Positions 47,310 through 59,291 of a stretch of DNA of 64,000 nucleotides are shown in pieces. Position numbers and translations under genes: made by a program. Source of the DNA: Alphaproteobacteria bacterium (GTDB lineage Bacteria > Pseudomonadota > Alphaproteobacteria > SP197); the NCBI GenBank assembly GCA_965116515.1, contig OZ220705.1:3807565-3871564 (forward strand). The letters run 5' to 3'. The notes beneath the pieces were generated by a model. The model saw only the letters and a list, made by a program, of their open reading frames with translations, did no database searches and was not told the origin of the DNA. Position 1 is the first letter of the stretch. Each line of letters starts with the position of its first letter.

Positions 47310-47828
47310 CACGCATGGCGCCCTCATGCGTGACATGGTCGGACAACAGCCTGGTTTCCATGCGATGAAATGTACCTTGCCGACCGTTTGACGACGCTTG
47401 CTGCGAACGACAACGGCGGACCGCAAGCGCGGCGATGCGTCTGCCAGGCCGGACGCCCCCCATGCGCCGGAAGAAGAGACGCACGGCCGACAGGAAATCA
47501 GAGATCAAGGCCCTTGCGCTGTGCGCTCCGTGCCCATTGTTCGTCCGACTGGCGCCGCGAACCGGAAGCCCGCCAGGACAAGCTGAAGGAATGCCTCGCC
47601 ACAGTCCGGCACCCCGTCAGATCACCGACATCGACCGCCGCACGGTCGAATCGCGATGAGACAGCGGACGCCGTCCCGGGACTGATCGAAAGCACCGTGC
47701 TCACCCCCGGCGTTCACGAGGTGTGGCGACCTCGGCACCATCCCTCGATCGGGCCGGAAGCGGGAGCGGGAGAAGGGCTACCGACATCCCGCGTCGCGGC
47801 ATGTCGGTCCCGGTGGTGGCGCTTGCCC

Positions 47829-48869
47829 TCACGCGGGAACCTGCTGGGTGATGCAACCGATGCCGCCACCGCCGACGGCTTGCCAGAGACTGCGGACCGG
47901 CACGACCTCGCGACCCGGAAAGGCGTTCTCGAGAATGGACCATCCCAGGTCGTCAAGCCGTGGATCCACCTGAGGCGCAATGATGGCATCGTTGCAGATG
48001 TACGCATTCGTATAGGGAATGACGTAGTGCTCTGAACCGTGTTGCTGGTAGGGCAGAACTGGCATCTCGACAACGTCCAGGGACCGTCCCTTCGAGTCGG
48101 TTGCGTTGGCGAGACGTCCGAGGTTCTCCTGCAGAAGCCCATGGTTGGGATTGGAACGCTCGGACACGACCTGCACGAGAACGCGTCCCGGTTCGATGAA
48201 CTCGACGACGTTGTCGACGTGTCCGTCCGTTTCGGTGTCTTCAATGAGCCCGAGTCCCAGCCAGATCACGTGTGTGATGCCCAGATGGTCGTGGAGCATG
48301 GCCTCGATGCGGTCTCTTGACATCCCGCGATAACGGTTGTCGTTCAGCATCACCTGCTCGGTGGTGATCAGTGTCCCCTCCCCGTCCACCGAGATGCCAC
48401 CGCCTTCGCAGATGAAAGATGTCTGGTAGCAATCAAGCCCGAGATGCTCGACAACACGGCGCGGCATCTCCCGAGTCTTGCCACAGGGGAAACGGCCGCC
48501 CCATCCGTTGAATCCGAAGTGGACTCCGGCGACGTCACCCGACTCGTTGCGAACGAAAATCGGTCCGTTGTCCCTGAGCCAGCAGCAGTCGACCGGCACC
48601 ACCAGAAACTCCACCTCGCTGCCGAGGCGACTGCGGGCGTCATCCTCGTCGCGCGGATCCACGATCAGCGTGACGGGCTCGTAGCGGCTGATTGCCCGGG
48701 CGGTCGCTTCCAGTTCATCACGAAATCCGTCAACGTCCGTTCCGACCTGTTCCTCGATCGGCGGCCATGTCAGCAACGTGCGGGCATGCCGCTCGAAGCG
48801 GCCCGGCATGGCGTACCCGTCCTTGAACGGCGTCGCCCGGACCGGCTGCGCGTTCTTGCTTTCCACCAA
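47829..48869 (-). CDS. aguA: Agmatine deiminase (PAD_porph family)
   Basis: 346-aa ORF ...PFKDGYAMPGRFERHARTLLTWPP...FNGWGG...SFICEGGGISVDGEGTLITTEQ...HVDNVVEFIEPGRV...AVGGGGIGCITQQ, with the catalytic Cys in GCITQQ. Confidence 0.85.
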   Translation of the reverse strand: MVESKNAQPVRATPFKDGYAMPGRFERHARTLLTWPPIEEQVGTDVDGFRDELEATARAISRYEPVTLIVDPRDEDDARSRLGSEVEFLVVPVDCCWLRDNGPIFVRNESGDVAGVHFGFNGWGGRFPCGKTREMPRRVVEHLGLDCYQTSFICEGGGISVDGEGTLITTEQVMLNDNRYRGMSRDRIEAMLHDHLGITHVIWLGLGLIEDTETDGHVDNVVEFIEPGRVLVQVVSERSNPNHGLLQENLGRLANATDSKGRSLDVVEMPVLPYQQHGSEHYVIPYTNAYICNDAIIAPQVDPRLDDLGWSILENAFPGREVVPVRSLWQAVGGGGIGCITQQVPA

Positions 48870-48986
48870 GGATTCCTCCGACCGTCACAACCTGACCCTG
48901 CCACACGTTCGTGCCTCGGCAAAGAGACTTGGCTGCAACCCGTGCCAACCGGCGGGCGGTTGCAGGCGGGACACCGGGAAAGCGTG

Positions 48987-49736
48987 TCAGGGAGGCTCGA
49001 CCACTGCTGACAGGGTCGGACCGATCTCACGGTGGAGGACAAGGTTGGCGCAGGGGTCGTGGTCGGTGGCCTCGCGGTTGAGGATGACGAGGGCCGCACC
49101 GTTCTGCTTGGCCAGGAGCGGGAAGGAGGCCGCCGGCCAGACCACGAGCGAGGACCCGATGGCAAGGAAGAGATCGCAGGAGAGCGCTGCCGCGCGTGCC
49201 CTTTCCATCGGTTCGGCGGGCATCGGCTGGCCAAAGGAGATGGTCGCCGTCTTGACGATGCCGTCACAGGCCCCGCACTGGGGAATCGTGCCATCCGCGC
49301 GGAAGGCATCCAGGATGGGATCGAGCGCATGGCGTTCGCCGCAGGCAAGGCAGGTGGCGTAGGTGCTGTTACCGTGGAGTTCGATGACCTTCTCCTCGGG
49401 AACACCCGATGCCTGGTGCAGTCCGTCGATGTTCTGCGTGATGAGTGCGGTCACCTTGCCCGCGGCCACAAGGCGGGCCACGGCCAGATGGCCCGGATTG
49501 GGCCTTGCACCGACCATGTCGCGCTCGATTTCGACCCGGCGGCGCCACGACTCGCGCCGTGCCTCGACGGAGGTCACGAAGTCTTCGAACATGATCGGCG
49601 TGGTGTGCGACCAGATTCCACCGGGACTGCGGAAATCCGGAATGCCCGATTCCGTGGAGATCCCCGCACCTGTGAAGACGACAACACGCCGGGCGTCGAT
49701 GAGCATGGAACGCAACCGGTCGAGGTCCCCTGTCAT
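48987..49736 (-). CDS. cobB: NAD-dependent protein deacylase, Sir2/CobB family
   Basis: From ATG 49736: MTGDLDRLRSMLIDARRVVVFTGAGISTESGIPDFRSPGGIW...ITQNIDGLHQASG...CLACGERH...CGACDG.., with GAGIS, QNID and Zn-Cys motifs (250 aa). The 445-aa upstream extension is rejected. Confidence 0.88.
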   Translation of the reverse strand: MTGDLDRLRSMLIDARRVVVFTGAGISTESGIPDFRSPGGIWSHTTPIMFEDFVTSVEARRESWRRRVEIERDMVGARPNPGHLAVARLVAAGKVTALITQNIDGLHQASGVPEEKVIELHGNSTYATCLACGERHALDPILDAFRADGTIPQCGACDGIVKTATISFGQPMPAEPMERARAAALSCDLFLAIGSSLVVWPAASFPLLAKQNGAALVILNREATDHDPCANLVLHREIGPTLSAVVEPP

Positions 49737-50536
49737 GGCGGTATCGAGGCAACGCCCTCGATGAACGCCACCGCCTTGCCGGCGATGTCGATCCTGTCGT
49801 GTCTCAGCCGGCAATGGAGTTCGCCACCGCGACGCGACACCTGAAGGGCATGAATGGTCCCGGTTCCCAGGCGGGCAGCCCAGTAGGGGACGATCATGCA
49901 GTGGGCAGAACCGGTGACAGGGTCTTCCGGGATTCCGTGATGGGGAGCAAAGAATCGGGAGACGACGTCTGCGGAATCGCTCGAGCAGGGCGCCGTGGCG
50001 ATCACGCCCCTGCCCCCTCTCTCGAGCGCGGTGCCGAGGTCCCTCATGTCCGGTTCCAGGGACCGGACCTCGGCCTCGCTGGCGTAGACGAAGAGATGAT
50101 TGCTGCCGCACAAGGTTTCCACCGGCGCCCGGCCGACCGCCGCAACGACGTCGCCCGGTGGTTCGCATGCGACCGGTGTCTCTGCCGGAAAGTCGAGGAC
50201 GAACATGTCGCCCTGGCGATGCACGCCGAGGCGCCCGCTCGCCGTGATGAACCACACCTGGTCTGCCGTCACGTCGATCCTTGTCATGATGACGAACGCG
50301 GACGCAAGTGTGGCATGACCGCAAAGAGGCACTTCGACAACGGGCGTGAACCAGCGCAGCTGATAGTCCCGATCCGACTGGTGCACCAGAAAAGCTGTCT
50401 CGGCGAGGTTGTTTTCAGCCGCGATGGCCTGCAGCGCGGTGTCGGGCAACCACGTTTCCAGCACCAGCACCGCGGCGGGATTGCCCCTGAACGCCTCGCC
50501 GGTAAACGCGTCGACCTGGTAGAAGGGACAGCGCAC
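49733..50536 (-). CDS. PhzF-family isomerase (phenazine biosynthesis-like protein)
   Basis: 267-aa ORF MRCPFYQVDAFTGEAFRGNPAAVLVLE...AETAFLV...FTPVVEVPLCGHATLASAFV...GSAHCMIVPYWA... Stop overlaps the cobB start (ATGA). Confidence 0.85.
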   Translation of the reverse strand: MRCPFYQVDAFTGEAFRGNPAAVLVLETWLPDTALQAIAAENNLAETAFLVHQSDRDYQLRWFTPVVEVPLCGHATLASAFVIMTRIDVTADQVWFITASGRLGVHRQGDMFVLDFPAETPVACEPPGDVVAAVGRAPVETLCGSNHLFVYASEAEVRSLEPDMRDLGTALERGGRGVIATAPCSSDSADVVSRFFAPHHGIPEDPVTGSAHCMIVPYWAARLGTGTIHALQVSRRGGELHCRLRHDRIDIAGKAVAFIEGVASIPP

Positions 50537-50544
50537 GGCCGTGT

Positions 50545-51894
50545 TCAGGAGTCACCGGCCGCGAGGCGGATGGCGCTCTCGAGTTCGCTCACGAGACGTC
50601 GCGCGAGACCGCCGTCGGGGTGCTCCACCATGATCCGGATCAACGGTTCGGTTCCCGATTCGCGCACCACGAGACGCCCGTCAGCGGCGAGACGGGCCCG
50701 CGACGAGGCCAGGACGGTCTGAACCGTGTCGCTTGCCAGCGACGCTTTGCCGTTGAGACGGACATTGCTTGCCACCTGCGGAACCGCGTGGAACTGGTGT
50801 GCGATGTCGCTCATCGGCCGTCCGTTCCCGACAAGGACGGCAAGGACCTGCAGGGCGGCGATGAGTCCGTCCCCGGTTGTCGCGTGATCGGCGAAGACCA
50901 TGTGACCGGAAGGCTCGCCACCAAAATTGCAGCCCCTGTCACGCATGCGTTCCACGATGTAGCGGTCTCCGACAGGTGTGCGTTCGAAACGAAGACCGCG
51001 TTCCTGAAAGAAGCGTTCGAGGCCGAAATTCGACATCACGGTGCCGATGACGGCGCCGCCGGAAAGCTTGCCGCGCCGGTTGAGCCAGTCGCCAAGCAAT
51101 GCCACGATCTGATCACCATCGACGAGTGTCCCGTTTTCATCGGCGAAGACGGCGCGGTCGGCATCCCCGTCGATGGCGATACCGATATCGGCGCCGCTTT
51201 CCGTCACCGCCCTCTGCATCGCCCCGGGCGCTGTCGAACCGCAGTTCCGGTTGATGTTCGTGCCATCCGGGTCGACACCCAGGGGAATGACATCGGCACC
51301 GAGTTCCCAGAGTGCCTCGGGCACCACCCGGTAGCCCGCGCCGTTGGCCGCATCGATGACGATCTTCAGACCGTCAAGACGCAGGTTTTTCGGAAAGATG
51401 TTCTTGCAGAACTCGGAATAGCGACCGAGGGCTCCCTGGAGACGCCGCACACGTCCCAGATGACTGGCGTCCACCCTGGCTGCCGACAGGTCTCCGGCCA
51501 TGCCTGTCTCGATAGCCGCTTCCACCGTGTCCGAGAGCTTGTAGCCGTCGGGCCCGAAGAGCTTGATGCCGTTGTCCTCGAAGGAATTGTGGGATGCCGA
51601 GATCATCACCCCGAGATCGGCACGCATCGAACGCGTCAGAGTGGCCACACCCGGTGTCGGCACCGGGCCGATGAGCAGGACATCCATGCCAACGCTCACA
51701 AACCCCGAGGCCATGGCGTACTCGATCATGTAGCAGGAAAGCCGGGTGTCCTTGCCGATAACGACGCGGTGCGTGTGATCGCCCCTGCGGAAATGGACTC
51801 CGGCCGCCATGCCTGCCCGCAATGCCGTCTCGACGGTCATGGGTTCGCGGTTGGCCCGGCCACGTATGCCGTCGGTTCCGAACAACTGTCTCAT
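50545..51894 (-). CDS. glmM: Phosphoglucosamine mutase
   Basis: 449-aa [35 protein letters not shown]...[23 protein letters not shown]..., with the active-site SASHN. Confidence 0.95.
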   Translation of the reverse strand: MRQLFGTDGIRGRANREPMTVETALRAGMAAGVHFRRGDHTHRVVIGKDTRLSCYMIEYAMASGFVSVGMDVLLIGPVPTPGVATLTRSMRADLGVMISASHNSFEDNGIKLFGPDGYKLSDTVEAAIETGMAGDLSAARVDASHLGRVRRLQGALGRYSEFCKNIFPKNLRLDGLKIVIDAANGAGYRVVPEALWELGADVIPLGVDPDGTNINRNCGSTAPGAMQRAVTESGADIGIAIDGDADRAVFADENGTLVDGDQIVALLGDWLNRRGKLSGGAVIGTVMSNFGLERFFQERGLRFERTPVGDRYIVERMRDRGCNFGGEPSGHMVFADHATTGDGLIAALQVLAVLVGNGRPMSDIAHQFHAVPQVASNVRLNGKASLASDTVQTVLASSRARLAADGRLVVRESGTEPLIRIMVEHPDGGLARRLVSELESAIRLAAGDS

Positions 51895-52859
51895 GTCGAT
51901 ACCGGCTCCGCCATGCCCGACCAGATCCTTATCGCCTGCACCGTGTCGGCCACATCATGGACCCTGAGGAGCTGCACGCCGGCTGCCACCCCGGCCAGCG
52001 CCGCCGCGATGCTGCCGCCGAGGCGCCTCGCCGGCCTCTCCTCGCCCGTGATCCGGCCGATGAATCTCTTGCGTGACGCACCCAGAAGAATGGGGCAACC
52101 CAGAGCGTGAAACAATGCCAGGTGGCCGAGCAGGGTCATGTTGTGGGCCTGTGTCTTGCCGAATCCGATCCCCGGATCGATGGCGATGTTGCGGCGGGCG
52201 ATTCCGGCTTCAACGCAGGCAGCGATCCTCTGCTCGAGATAGTCGTGGATGTCGAGGCTGACATGATCATAGGACGGTGCATCCTGCATCGTGCGGGGAT
52301 CGCCGAGCGCATGCATGAGAATGACCGGCACGCCGGCCCCGGCCACGACATCCATGGAACGGGGATCATGGGTGAGCGCACTGACATCGTTGACAATCGC
52401 GGCGCCAGCGGCGATGGCCGCGCGCATCACATCCGCATTGCGGCTGTCGACGGAGACTAGGCCCCCGGTGCCTGCAAGGTGGGTGATGACCGGCAGGACT
52501 CTCCGCGTTTCCACACGCCAGTCCACCGGTTCGGCTCCGGGGCGGGTCGATTCCCCGCCGACATCGAGAATGGCAGCCCCCGCATCGCGCATGGCCTCGC
52601 CCTGTGCCATGGCATCATCAGGATCGAGGGCCTTGCCGGCATCGGAGAAGCTGTCGGGCGTCGTGTTGATGATGCCCATGACCCGGGGCTCCGTCAGGTC
52701 GAGCCCGGCGAATGAGCGCGGAGGTGAACGAAGACGGCTGACCAGAGTGGCAAGACGCCGGGCCGCGGGTTCCGGAAGGCGTGCCGTCCAGCCATCCACG
52801 CCGGCAGCATCGATTCTCGCGGCAAGCAGGCCGTCGGGCCTGCGGACGATGACCTCCAT
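51891..52859 (-). CDS. folP: Dihydropteroate synthase
   Basis: ...[15 protein letters not shown]...[11 protein letters not shown]...[28 protein letters not shown]...[10 protein letters not shown]... Start taken at the ATG 52859 (322 aa); the ORF track extends to 52958. The ftsH-folP-glmM order is conserved. Confidence 0.88.
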   Translation of the reverse strand: MEVIVRRPDGLLAARIDAAGVDGWTARLPEPAARRLATLVSRLRSPPRSFAGLDLTEPRVMGIINTTPDSFSDAGKALDPDDAMAQGEAMRDAGAAILDVGGESTRPGAEPVDWRVETRRVLPVITHLAGTGGLVSVDSRNADVMRAAIAAGAAIVNDVSALTHDPRSMDVVAGAGVPVILMHALGDPRTMQDAPSYDHVSLDIHDYLEQRIAACVEAGIARRNIAIDPGIGFGKTQAHNMTLLGHLALFHALGCPILLGASRKRFIGRITGEERPARRLGGSIAAALAGVAAGVQLLRVHDVADTVQAIRIWSGMAEPVST

Positions 52860-52954
52860 CGATCCCGTTTTCCCCACCGGCCTGACGTAAGGCCTGCAGT
52901 GGGGAGTGAAAGCGGCGGCAAGACCGTCGGGATCCGTGCTGACAATCGGCGAGG

Positions 52955-54880
<1,926 letters not shown>

Positions 54881-54964
54881 GAACGTCTCGATGCCCTGAT
54901 CTGACAGTTATTATGGTGACTGAACGAGCGAATTTCCAGTGCCGGCGCCACCTGGCCACTCACC

Positions 54965-56143
54965 TCATGCGCCATCCCGGAAGAGCGGGGCCGTGAGGGG
55001 GTGGCGGGGTGCAAAGCGGATGGACGTGGCGCAAGGAGACCAGGGCTCTCCTGACAGCCGCTCGACCACCGGGAAGGAACCGCCAGCCGGCTGGATGCGC
55101 CAGGGGCTGTCCGGCACCGTCACGCGAAACCGTCCGTCCCAGAGAATCTCTCCCTCCCCGCCATGCCCCTCGATGACGGGCAGATTCCTCCTCTCGCGCC
55201 TGACCGTCACCTCCCTGCCTCCCTGCCACCGGCAACGGCCAAGAGTGGCCGCCACCGTTGCTTGCGAACGAAGCAGGCGAGCCAGCCGGTCAATCTTGCG
55301 GGTGGCTGGAGGATAGGCGCGTCCGCCCACGGTCAGCGCAAGACGCACCAGAACCAGGTGGCGCACATCCGCCGGCAGGCATTGCCAGCCAGGCCGGTCG
55401 AGTGTCGCCACGCCCCGGCCATCGACGTGGGACACGCGGGGAAGAACACGGGCGAGCGTTCGTTCCAGTTTTGTTCTCCTTTCGGAAAGGTCGGCGCCAC
55501 AGTCCGGAACGCCCTGCTGGCGCAGGCGGACACGGGCGAACCTGGAGTCCCGGTTCATGGGGTCGTCAAGCCAGTGTTCGCCTCTCTCCCGAAGCGTCGC
55601 CTTAAGGCGCGCTGGATGGAAGCCGAGAAGAGGTCTGAGGATCCTCAGGGACGGCCGTTCGACGCATCGGGAAATGCCGGCCAGACCCATCGGTCCGCTG
55701 CCGGCTTCACGGCGCAGGGCGACCGTCTCCTGCTGGTCCCGGCGATGGTGTGCCGTGAAGAGGTGGAGAACACCATCGCGGCTGCAGGCAGTCTCGAGGA
55801 GACGATAGCGCGTGTGACGTGCCGACTCCTCGATCGCGCTCGCCGGTTTCGGCCCGCTCCAGGTGAGAATTCGTGACGCGATGCCCCACGTGGAGCAACG
55901 CCTTGCCACCGCCCGTGCCTCGACCGCCGATCCGTTTCTCAACCCGTGATCGACAATGAAGGCCACGAGCGCGCCGTCACGGACCCGCACCCAATCGTCA
56001 GCCAGCAGGGCAAGCGCCGTGCTGTCGGGTCCGCCGGAAAGGGCCACAGCCAGGCGGGGACGGGTTTCGAAGGGAGCCAGCGCCGCCATCGCTTCGGCGA
56101 ACTCCGCACGTCCCAGAGGCTCGTGAACGACCTCAGGCGGCAT
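54965..56143 (-). CDS. tilS: tRNA(Ile)-lysidine synthetase
   Basis: From ATG 56143: MPPEVVHEPLGRAEFAEAMAALAPFETRPRLAVALSGGPDSTALALLADDW... with PP-loop SGGPDS (392 aa). Upstream extension rejected. Sits immediately upstream of ftsH. Confidence 0.8.
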   Translation of the reverse strand: MPPEVVHEPLGRAEFAEAMAALAPFETRPRLAVALSGGPDSTALALLADDWVRVRDGALVAFIVDHGLRNGSAVEARAVARRCSTWGIASRILTWSGPKPASAIEESARHTRYRLLETACSRDGVLHLFTAHHRRDQQETVALRREAGSGPMGLAGISRCVERPSLRILRPLLGFHPARLKATLRERGEHWLDDPMNRDSRFARVRLRQQGVPDCGADLSERRTKLERTLARVLPRVSHVDGRGVATLDRPGWQCLPADVRHLVLVRLALTVGGRAYPPATRKIDRLARLLRSQATVAATLGRCRWQGGREVTVRRERRNLPVIEGHGGEGEILWDGRFRVTVPDSPWRIQPAGGSFPVVERLSGEPWSPCATSIRFAPRHPLTAPLFRDGA

Positions 56144-56172
56144 CGCGATGGATGTCGGCGAGGCGCCGGGAA

Positions 56173-56976
56173 TCAGGTGCACCCGGTTGCCGCGGCCTCC
56201 TCGCGCGCCTGGCCGAGCAGCGCCTCGCCCGCATCGGGAAACCGCTCCATGAACTCGCGGAACGTCGCACAGGCCTCCCCCTTCTTGCCGAGATGCGCAA
56301 GGGACGTGCCGAGTTTCAGCAGACTGCCGGCGGCCTTGGGCCCATCCGGGTCGTGCTGGTAGCCCTTGAGAAAGGCGACGGCCGCTTCGTGAAAGCGGTC
56401 GCGCACAAGGTGCATGGAGCCGACCCAGTGCCACGCGTTGCCGACCAGCTCACTTTCCGGGTGCTCGCCAATGAAGGTCGAAAAGGCAATTTCGGCCGCC
56501 TCGTAATCGGCCTTGCGCAGCAGGGAGAAGGCGTGATCGTACTTCTCCACTTCCGTTCCCGGCGGCAGTACACCCGTCTCGGCAACGTCCCCGGTCTGCG
56601 GGTCCTGCGACTGCACGCCGTCGTCCACCTCCGCGGTCAAGGCCCCGGTAGCGGTTCGGGCCGCAACGTCGGCCTCGAGAGCTGCAAGCTGTTCACGAAT
56701 CTGGCGCTGGGCAAACTCCAGGCCATCGATGCGCCCTGCAAGCTGTCGCAGCGATTCCTGGATCTGCTGCATGTCGGCATGCAACTTGCTGCCATCGAAG
56801 GAAGCACCGGCAATGCTGCTGTCTTCGAGAGAACCCGCGTTGTAGATGAACGCCTGGAGATCACTCATATCCCGGCGCAGGCTCTCCAGGGCCTGCGCCA
56901 GTTCGGCGGATCCGTCCTGGGCTCCGGCCGGAACTGTTGACGCAATGACGAGAACTACCAGAAGGAGTCTTTTCAT
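56173..56976 (-). CDS. cpoB: Tol-Pal system protein CpoB/YbgF (TPR, coiled coil)
   Basis: From ATG 56976: MKRLLLVVLVIASTVPAGAQDGSAELAQALESLRRDMSDLQAFIYN... coiled coil, then TPR-like C-terminus (267 aa). Confidence 0.8.
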   Translation of the reverse strand: MKRLLLVVLVIASTVPAGAQDGSAELAQALESLRRDMSDLQAFIYNAGSLEDSSIAGASFDGSKLHADMQQIQESLRQLAGRIDGLEFAQRQIREQLAALEADVAARTATGALTAEVDDGVQSQDPQTGDVAETGVLPPGTEVEKYDHAFSLLRKADYEAAEIAFSTFIGEHPESELVGNAWHWVGSMHLVRDRFHEAAVAFLKGYQHDPDGPKAAGSLLKLGTSLAHLGKKGEACATFREFMERFPDAGEALLGQAREEAAATGCT

Positions 56977-57099
56977 GGCCACCATCCCTCTCCAGGAACG
57001 CCGGCGAACATGACGCCCGACAAACACGTTCTGGTGTCTGCAACACCCGCCCGGATTCAAGAGGCCGGACGCTTTCTCGCCCGGCCGTCCTGAGCGAGA

Positions 57100-57600
57100 T
57101 CAACTGAGGGTCAGATCACCCCGGCGATTCTGTCCCCATGCGGCTTCGGTGTGACCGAGCACGAGGGGGCGTTCCTTGCCGTAGCTGATTGTGGTGATGC
57201 GATTGGGATCGATCCCCAGGACAACGAGATGATCCTTGACGGCATTGGCACGCCTGTCGCCGAGCGCCAGGTTGTATTCGCGGGTGCCGCGTTCGTCACA
57301 GTGGCCCTCGACAATCACATTGACATCGCTGAACTCATTCATCCAGTCAGCCCAGCGGCGAATGGTCGACTGGGCGCGCGCATTGAGCACCGAACTGTCG
57401 AGAGCAAAGAAAACACGTTTGCCGAGGACTTCCTCGATGTAGCGTTCGGACCTCGGGTCAACGGGATCGGCCTCGACCACTTCCTCCGTGACGACCTCGA
57501 CAGCACCCGTGCCTTCGTCTTCCTCTGCGACCTCCGGGGTGGACTCGCACGCGGCTACCAGAAGGCCCGCCGCCAGGGCCGCAATCAGTTTGAAACGCAT
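57100..57600 (-). CDS. pal: Peptidoglycan-associated lipoprotein Pal
   Basis: From ATG 57600: MRFKLIAALAAGLLVAAC (lipobox) ...FALDSSVLNARAQSTIRRWADWMNEFSDVNVIVEGHCDERGTREYNLALGDRRANAVKDHLVVLGIDPNRITTISYGKERP, an OmpA-like domain (166 aa). Confidence 0.92.
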   Translation of the reverse strand: MRFKLIAALAAGLLVAACESTPEVAEEDEGTGAVEVVTEEVVEADPVDPRSERYIEEVLGKRVFFALDSSVLNARAQSTIRRWADWMNEFSDVNVIVEGHCDERGTREYNLALGDRRANAVKDHLVVLGIDPNRITTISYGKERPLVLGHTEAAWGQNRRGDLTLS

Positions 57601-57737
57601 GGGAAAGCCCCCTTTCCGGATAGATCGCCAATACACCCCGAGAACCGCGCCACTAATGACCGCAAACACCGCCGGCTGTCAACCTCGTCATCGGCTGTGT
57701 TGTTCACAAGGTCCATACCTCTATAGACGACCGGAAG

Positions 57738-59087
57738 TCACGGAATCAAGGGAGACCATGCCGGATCGGTGGCAGCACCCTGTGTACGGATCGTGCGCTC
57801 GACATAACCGGTGAGATCGATGCTCTTGATGACCCTCTCCGTGTCCTCGCCGGCACCATAGGTTTCATGGGCAAACATGATGACGCGTCCGTTCGGGGAC
57901 CAGGTCGGTCCCTCGACAAGATCGCCAAACGCCAGCAGCCTCTCCCCTTCGCCCGGTTCCGGAGTCATCACGCCGATGGCCCAGTCGCTGTCCGGGATGT
58001 GCTTCGTGAAGGCAATGAGATCACCTCGCGGCGACCACACCGGTGTCGAGTAGGAGGCCCGATTGTCTAGATCCCAGCTGATGCGATGCTGATCGCTGCC
58101 GTCGGCATTCATGACGTAGATCTGTGTCTGGGTCGTGCGGTCCGACGTGAAGGCGATCCGGGAGCCGTCCGGCGAGTAGGACGGTGACGTGTCGATGTAG
58201 GGCCCGTCCGTCAACTGCCTGATGGTACGGGTTTCGAGATTCATCACATAGATGTCCGTGTTGCCGTTGATGGCAAGCGACATGATCACACTGGATCCGT
58301 CGGGCGAAAACCGCGGTGCAAAACTCATACCCGGGAAATCGCCCAGCACGTCGCGTCGCCCTGTCGAGAGATCCAGCAGGTTGACGCGTGGTGTGGTCTC
58401 GTTGAAGTAGGAGAAGTAGGCAATCTTCTGGATCGTTGGCGAGAAGCGCGGTGTCAGCACCGTATGGTCTCCCGACGTCAGGAACCTGTGGTTCTCCCCG
58501 TCGTAGTCCATGATGGCGATGCGCTTGGTGAGTGCCGTCTGCGGGCCTTCCTCGTGGACATAGGCAATGCGTGTGTCGAAGTAGCCGTCCTCGCCGGTAA
58601 AGCGATGGTAGACGGCATCGGAGATCTTGTGGGCGATACGCCGCCAGATTCCTTCGCCGCCTCGGAAAACGAAACCCACCAGCCCCTCTTCGGCAAGGGT
58701 GTCGAACAGCCGGAAACTCACGCGGATCCGACCATCACTCTCTGTTGACACCCAGCCTGTCACGAGTGCCTGTGCACCACTCCTGCGCCACAGGTCGAAC
58801 TGAGGCTGCGCGTCCTCCCCGAGCGAGGCGGGGTCCTGGAGAAAGGCACCCGGCGGTATGGCCCGGAAGAGACCGGAGAACTCGAGATCCGCCTTTACCA
58901 CCGAAGCGATGTCCGCTCCCAGGTCCGCCAGGGGGCCAACGCCATTGAAATCCGTGACGGCGATGGGAACCGGGTCGGCACGCCCCTCGAAGACACCGAC
59001 ATCAAGCTGCGCATCGGCCCTGTCCGTGAACAGAGCCGCACAGACGACCCCGACCAGAATGAACCTGGTGACATGTGCGATCATCAA
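57738..59087 (-). CDS. tolB: Tol-Pal system beta-propeller protein TolB
   Basis: 449-aa ORF with signal peptide MMIAHVTRFILVGVVCAALFTDRADA, then an N-terminal alpha/beta domain and repeated beta-propeller blades. Confidence 0.93.
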   Translation of the reverse strand: MMIAHVTRFILVGVVCAALFTDRADAQLDVGVFEGRADPVPIAVTDFNGVGPLADLGADIASVVKADLEFSGLFRAIPPGAFLQDPASLGEDAQPQFDLWRRSGAQALVTGWVSTESDGRIRVSFRLFDTLAEEGLVGFVFRGGEGIWRRIAHKISDAVYHRFTGEDGYFDTRIAYVHEEGPQTALTKRIAIMDYDGENHRFLTSGDHTVLTPRFSPTIQKIAYFSYFNETTPRVNLLDLSTGRRDVLGDFPGMSFAPRFSPDGSSVIMSLAINGNTDIYVMNLETRTIRQLTDGPYIDTSPSYSPDGSRIAFTSDRTTQTQIYVMNADGSDQHRISWDLDNRASYSTPVWSPRGDLIAFTKHIPDSDWAIGVMTPEPGEGERLLAFGDLVEGPTWSPNGRVIMFAHETYGAGEDTERVIKSIDLTGYVERTIRTQGAATDPAWSPLIP

Positions 59088-59291
59088 TTTTGTCGTCCTG
59101 TCTCCCGAACAGATGGTCGGCCCGGCAACAGACCCTCAACACGTCACTGTTGATACCGGTAACCACGAGCGCGAATCAAGCGCCGAATGATGCCTTCTCT
59201 CAACCATCCGGCGGGCTGCCGGCTTGTGGACCGCTCATGTGGCAAATCGGCGGCACGCAGATGATTCTCAGGAATGGACGGGGCAATTTCG

